64,000 bases of DNA from an uncultured Cytophagales bacterium (GTDB lineage: Bacteria > Bacteroidota > Bacteroidia > Cytophagales > Bernardetiaceae), in NCBI GenBank assembly GCA_963719525.1, contig CAVRCG010000004.1:861579-925578 (forward strand). The letters run 5' to 3'. The number at the start of each line of letters is the position of its first letter. Within the stretch, counting starts at the first letter, position 1. The position numbers were made by a program, and so were the translations under genes. Shown here piece by piece: positions 60,054 through 64,000 of this stretch. The notes beneath the pieces were generated by a model. It saw nothing but the letters and a program-made list of their open reading frames with translations, had not been told where the DNA came from and did not search any database.

Positions 60054-60983
60054 ATGTTAAAAATTTCAACTTTTAATTCAATCTTTACTTTATTTTTAGT
60101 GTCTATGATGACATTATTTTCTGCTTCGTCTTCTTTTGCTCAACTTACAATGCCACAGCCTAGTCCCTCAGCCATGGTAAAGCAAACAGTTGGTCTGACA
60201 GATATTACCATTGAATATTCTTCACCAGCTATGCGTCAACGTGAAGTTTGGGGTGGTCTTGTTCCGTATGGCGAAATTTGGCGCACAGGTGCAAATAAAG
60301 CTACAAGTATCACGTTTTCGGATGAAGTTTCTATTGAAGGAACAAAAATTCCAGCAGGAACGTATTCAATTTTTACTATTCCAAGCGAAAAAGAATGGAC
60401 AGTAATTATCAACAAAAATGCAGAACAATGGGGTTCGGGAGAATACGATGAGAAACAAGATGTAATTCGTTTTCAAGTAACACCAATGATTTCTCCAATT
60501 ATCAATGAACGTATGATGTTTACTATTGCTGCTATGGAAGAGCGTCAGGGAGAAATTTCTCTTTGGTGGTCGAATACCAGAATTTCGTTTGTCGTAGATG
60601 CTGACCCAGTAGCGAGAATGGTTTCGAATATTGAAAGTACAATGAAACAAGCCGATAATTTGTGGTATACTTATGCACAGTCTGCTGAATATTATTTAGA
60701 AAATGGTCAGAATAAAGAGCAAGCTAAAGAATGGGTAGAAAAATCAATTGCTATGAAAGACCATTTTTATAACAACTGGGTAAAAGCTCGTATTTTAATG
60801 GCTCGTAATAATTCAGGTGGTGCTGGTGATGCAACGGCAGCCGTAAAGATGGTGCAAAAAGCAATGGAAATGGGAGAAAAAGAAAATACAAGTTTTTATA
60901 AGCGTCTGAAACCTAAAATGGAACAGTTTGTCAAAACGTATTCTCAACAAATGCCTGCCACAAAAGGAAAGAGCAAATTCTAA
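60054..60983 (+). CDS. DUF2911 domain-containing secreted protein
   Basis: Signal peptide MMTLFSASSSFAQ, then QTVGLTDITIEYSSPAMRQREVWGGLVPYGEIWRTGAN... characteristic of the DUF2911 family, with a C-terminal helical region. Confidence 0.65.
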   Translation: MLKISTFNSIFTLFLVSMMTLFSASSSFAQLTMPQPSPSAMVKQTVGLTDITIEYSSPAMRQREVWGGLVPYGEIWRTGANKATSITFSDEVSIEGTKIPAGTYSIFTIPSEKEWTVIINKNAEQWGSGEYDEKQDVIRFQVTPMISPIINERMMFTIAAMEERQGEISLWWSNTRISFVVDADPVARMVSNIESTMKQADNLWYTYAQSAEYYLENGQNKEQAKEWVEKSIAMKDHFYNNWVKARILMARNNSGGAGDATAAVKMVQKAMEMGEKENTSFYKRLKPKMEQFVKTYSQQMPATKGKSKF

Positions 60984-61573
60984 AATCAAGTTATAGGTTT
61001 TTTGTTAAAAAATAATTAATACCTTCTTTGCTTTATTGTAGGGAAGGTATTTTTTTGAAATAATTTGTTAGTAGGTAAAGGCAAGTTCTATAAACAGGGC
61101 GTTGCGCTGCAACTTGAATTTCAATTTAGAAAATAGTAGGGTACAGTAGGCAAGTCTTTAAACTACTAATTTCCAAATTCCTTTCAATGTATTAACATTT
61201 AGCCTACAAATTTCGATGTTCTTCCAAACAAATAAACCAATCAAAATTTCCTTTTCCTATCAAAAGTTCTTATCTTTGTAGTTCATTTCAAAATAGAGAT
61301 ATAAGTTTCTATAAATCAATTATTTACTTTGATTTGTCGTGGCGATATTTTTACCAATAAGTTTGCCCTTATCGGTATGTTCACTAACGACATTAAAATT
61401 GAAATGAATTTTAATCAAATTATTTTATTCACAGTTAAGAAATACCTTATAAACATAATTAATCATTAATTTAATTATCTAATTTAGAAAGTCAAGATTA
61501 ATGAAAAGACATGTTACAGAGGCAGGCACTCACAACAAGCCTGAAAGCAATTGTTGATTATTTATTTTATTAT

Positions 61574-63415
61574 ATGAGTGATTCAAACATTTCAGCAGGC
61601 GAAATCAATTGGGACGAATTAGAGTCTAACAAAACAGGATTTGGTGCAGGTTACAAAGATGCACGCCAACAAGAATTAGCAGACCTTTACGAAGAAACAC
61701 TTACTGAGTTTTCGGAAAATGAACTTGTTACTGGTACAATTGTAGGCGTTACAGACCGTGAGGCTATCGTAAATATCGGACACAAATCAGACGGACTTGT
61801 ATCTCTTTCAGAATTTAGAGATTTACCTGAACTTAAAGCAGGCGATCAAGTAACGGTTTATGTAGAAAAACAAGAAGATGCAAACGGACAAATTTTGCTT
61901 TCTCGTCGTAAAGCAATGGCTCTACAGGCATGGAAAAAAATTGAGCAGTCGCATCAAGGCGATGAAGTTATTGAAGGAGTTATCAAACGCCGTACAAAAG
62001 GTGGTTTGATTGCAGATATTTTTGGTATCGAAGCATTTTTACCAGGTTCACAAATTGATGTTAAGCCGATTCGTGATTTTGATATTTATGTAGATAAGAA
62101 AATGGAATTGAAAGTTGTCAAAATCAATTATGCGAATGACAACGTAGTAGTTTCTCATAAAATTCTAATTGAGAAAGATCTTGAAAAACAACGTTTACAA
62201 ATTCTTGACAACCTTGAAAGAGGTCAGGTATTGGAAGGTGTAGTTAAAAATATCACTAATTTTGGTGCTTTTGTTGATTTGGGTGGCGTAGATGGTTTAC
62301 TTCACATTACTGATATTTCTTGGGGACGTATTAGTCATCCAAACGAAATATTAGAATTAGATCAAAAACTTAATGTTGTTGTTCTTGATTTTGATGAAGA
62401 TAAAAAACGTATTTCACTTGGTATGAAACAACTTCAAGAACATCCTTGGGATTCGCTTGAAGCTACTTTAGAAGTAGGTACAAAAGTAAACGGACGTATT
62501 GTGAATGTGGCTGATTATGGTGCATTCTTAGAAATCAAACCGGGTGTAGAAGGTTTGATTCACGTTTCGGAAATGTCTTGGTCGCAGCACTTGCGCAATC
62601 CACAAGAATTTTTGAGCATTAATGATACAGTAGATGCAGTTATTTTGACTATTGACCGTGAAGAACGCAAAATGTCATTAGGTATCAAACAACTTACTGA
62701 AGATCCTTGGACGAAAGAAGAAGTGAAAACAAAATATGCTTCTGGACAACGTCATACAGGTACAGTTCGTAATCTTACTAATTATGGTTTGTTCTTAGAA
62801 TTGGAAGAAGGAATTGATGGGCTTGTTCATATTTCTGACCTTTCTTGGACTCGTAAATTCAAACATCCGTCTGAATTTATTAAAGTAAACGAAAAATTAG
62901 AAGTTCAGGTATTAGAACTTGATACCGAACAACGTCGTTTAGCTCTTAGTCATAAACACATGGAAGAAAATCCTTGGGATACTTTCGAAACTATCTTTAC
63001 ACCAAATAGTGTGCATAAAGGTACGTTAGTGAACAAAAATGATAAAGGTGCAAACATCGAACTTCCTTATGGTGTGCAGGGTTTCTCTTCTACAAAACAT
63101 CTTACTTTAGAGGAAACAGGAAAAACTGCTGAGGTTGGAAACAATATTGATTTCAAAGTAGTAGAGTTTTCTAAAGACGAGCAACGCATTATCCTTTCTC
63201 ACGTAGCGACATATCGTAGTGGAAAAGAAGAAACGGCTGCTGCTCCTGCAAAGAAAGCAAAATCAAAAGCTCCAAAAGGAGAAGCAAGTGAAGAAACAAC
63301 TTCAAAATCTAAAGACATGAAAAAATCTAAAGATTTGGGAACGACTAGTTCGTTAGGAGAAAATTCTGCACTTTCTCAACTGAAAGACGATATGAAAGGC
63401 GATGAGAGTAAATAA
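61574..63415 (+). CDS. rpsA: 30S ribosomal protein S1
   Basis: Six S1 RNA-binding domains (repeated G.V..I..FGAFV.L..G..GL.H.S...W pattern). The internal Met at 61574 (MSDSNISAGEINWDELE) fits the Bacteroidetes S1 N-terminus. Lys/Ser-rich C-terminal tail. Confidence 0.9.
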   Translation: MSDSNISAGEINWDELESNKTGFGAGYKDARQQELADLYEETLTEFSENELVTGTIVGVTDREAIVNIGHKSDGLVSLSEFRDLPELKAGDQVTVYVEKQEDANGQILLSRRKAMALQAWKKIEQSHQGDEVIEGVIKRRTKGGLIADIFGIEAFLPGSQIDVKPIRDFDIYVDKKMELKVVKINYANDNVVVSHKILIEKDLEKQRLQILDNLERGQVLEGVVKNITNFGAFVDLGGVDGLLHITDISWGRISHPNEILELDQKLNVVVLDFDEDKKRISLGMKQLQEHPWDSLEATLEVGTKVNGRIVNVADYGAFLEIKPGVEGLIHVSEMSWSQHLRNPQEFLSINDTVDAVILTIDREERKMSLGIKQLTEDPWTKEEVKTKYASGQRHTGTVRNLTNYGLFLELEEGIDGLVHISDLSWTRKFKHPSEFIKVNEKLEVQVLELDTEQRRLALSHKHMEENPWDTFETIFTPNSVHKGTLVNKNDKGANIELPYGVQGFSSTKHLTLEETGKTAEVGNNIDFKVVEFSKDEQRIILSHVATYRSGKEETAAAPAKKAKSKAPKGEASEETTSKSKDMKKSKDLGTTSSLGENSALSQLKDDMKGDESK

Positions 63416-63459
63416 TATTTCTTAACAGAATTAGTATAAACTTTTCGCTTTACACAAAA

Positions 63460-63493
63460 ACCCTTATTTCTTTATTGAAGTAAGGGTTTTTTT
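63460..63493 (+). terminator. rho-independent terminator of rpsA
   Basis: CCCTTATTTC-TTTATT-GAAGTAAGGG, a 10 bp stem with one G-U pair, followed by TTTTTTT. Confidence 0.75.
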
Positions 63494-63510
63494 GTGTCTT
63501 GGAATTTCTT

Positions 63511-63540
63511 GGTAGGGAAAATGGCTTGCCTTTTCCTAAA
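63511..63540. repeat. 28 bp exact repeat TAGGGAAAATGGCTTGCCTTTTCCTAAA, also present at 2073-2100
   Basis: Identical copies at 2073-2100 and 63513-63540. Each forms a GGAAAA...TTTTCC hairpin and sits in a 3' intergenic position. Confidence 0.7.
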
Positions 63541-63589
63541 TGTATGGATTTATAAACATATCTTGCCTTCTTTGATGTCTTATCAACGA

Positions 63590-63650
63590 CCTCTAATAAT
63601 CCTTGCCGTTGTTGGTGTCTCACCAACAACTCAACGACTTCCAATAATCA
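63590..63650. repeat. REP-like palindromic element (TCAACGAC...GTTGTTGGTG-TCTC-ACCAACAAC...TCAACGAC)
   Basis: 9 bp perfect stem GTTGTTGGT/ACCAACAAC flanked by direct TCAACGAC repeats. It belongs to the same CAACGAC/GTTGACGG family as 11328, 29886 and 33737. Confidence 0.45.
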
Positions 63651-64000
63651 ATTTATTTTTATTTTAGTCTTTAACTTTTTTTAATGTATGAAAAATAAAT
63701 AAATTATTATTCGCTAATAACTACTCTAAACAGAATAATATTTTGTCTAATTAATTTTAGCAGAATAATATTTTTCACTAAACAGGGGGTTGCATATCGA
63801 TTTAGCTGTTATGATTTATTGTGATTTTGATTTTAATGGAAAAGTTAATTTAACATAACAAAAACTAAATTTAAAATTAAATACAATAGAATTAAAATTC
63901 TGTAAAATATAATTTTGATTTATTGAATAATAAGTAGATATAATTTTGGGTTGCACGTTTTTTAGTTAAATAGTTTGTCTATCGAAAGCAGTATTTGAAG

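Noticed and set aside
1-64000. tRNA, rRNA and CRISPR scan of all intergenic regions
   Set aside because: No cloverleaf-compatible GTTCGAATC-type T-arm outside coding sequence, no rRNA-like segments, and no regularly spaced repeat-spacer arrays. The tandem repeats at 44.7 kb have no unique spacers.

Overview
The window is AT-rich (about one-third GC) chromosomal DNA from a Bacteroidetes genome. The T9SS (type IX secretion system) C-terminal sorting domains, giant adhesins, PorT-like and BatD-like genes and an XrtF exosortase make a Cytophagia/Flexibacter-like organism the most likely source. Recognisable housekeeping genes are truA, a fused isobutyryl-CoA mutase (icmF), tatA, gatA, recJ, a DeaD-like RNA helicase, gatC, queG, ubiE/menG, purE and rpsA. 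There are two multi-kb genes for T9SS-secreted repeat adhesins, a RelE/HigB-like toxin-antitoxin pair, two sensor proteins, and an XrtF exosortase locus with a tiny candidate substrate. Four observations stand out. First, a miniature protein carrying an exosortase-type sorting signal is encoded directly upstream of xrtF; no cognate substrate of XrtF is known to me, so this is a candidate. Second, many otherwise conserved genes are broken by single-base frameshifts at homopolymer runs or by C-to-T nonsense codons; this is either pervasive pseudogenisation or systematic assembly error. Third, a 1.1 kb AT-rich insert sits downstream of a rhomboid protease gene, flanked by a synonymously diverged duplicate of the gene's last 13 codons and abutting a 130 bp miniature inverted-repeat element (MITE); a second copy of that MITE is at 8.9 kb. 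Fourth, several intergenic repeat families recur: CCTCGTTGACGGTT-type palindromes, a GGGAAAATGGCTTGCCTTTTCC hairpin, and ACTTCTAA-rich 92 bp tandem repeats. I found no tRNA, rRNA or CRISPR array.
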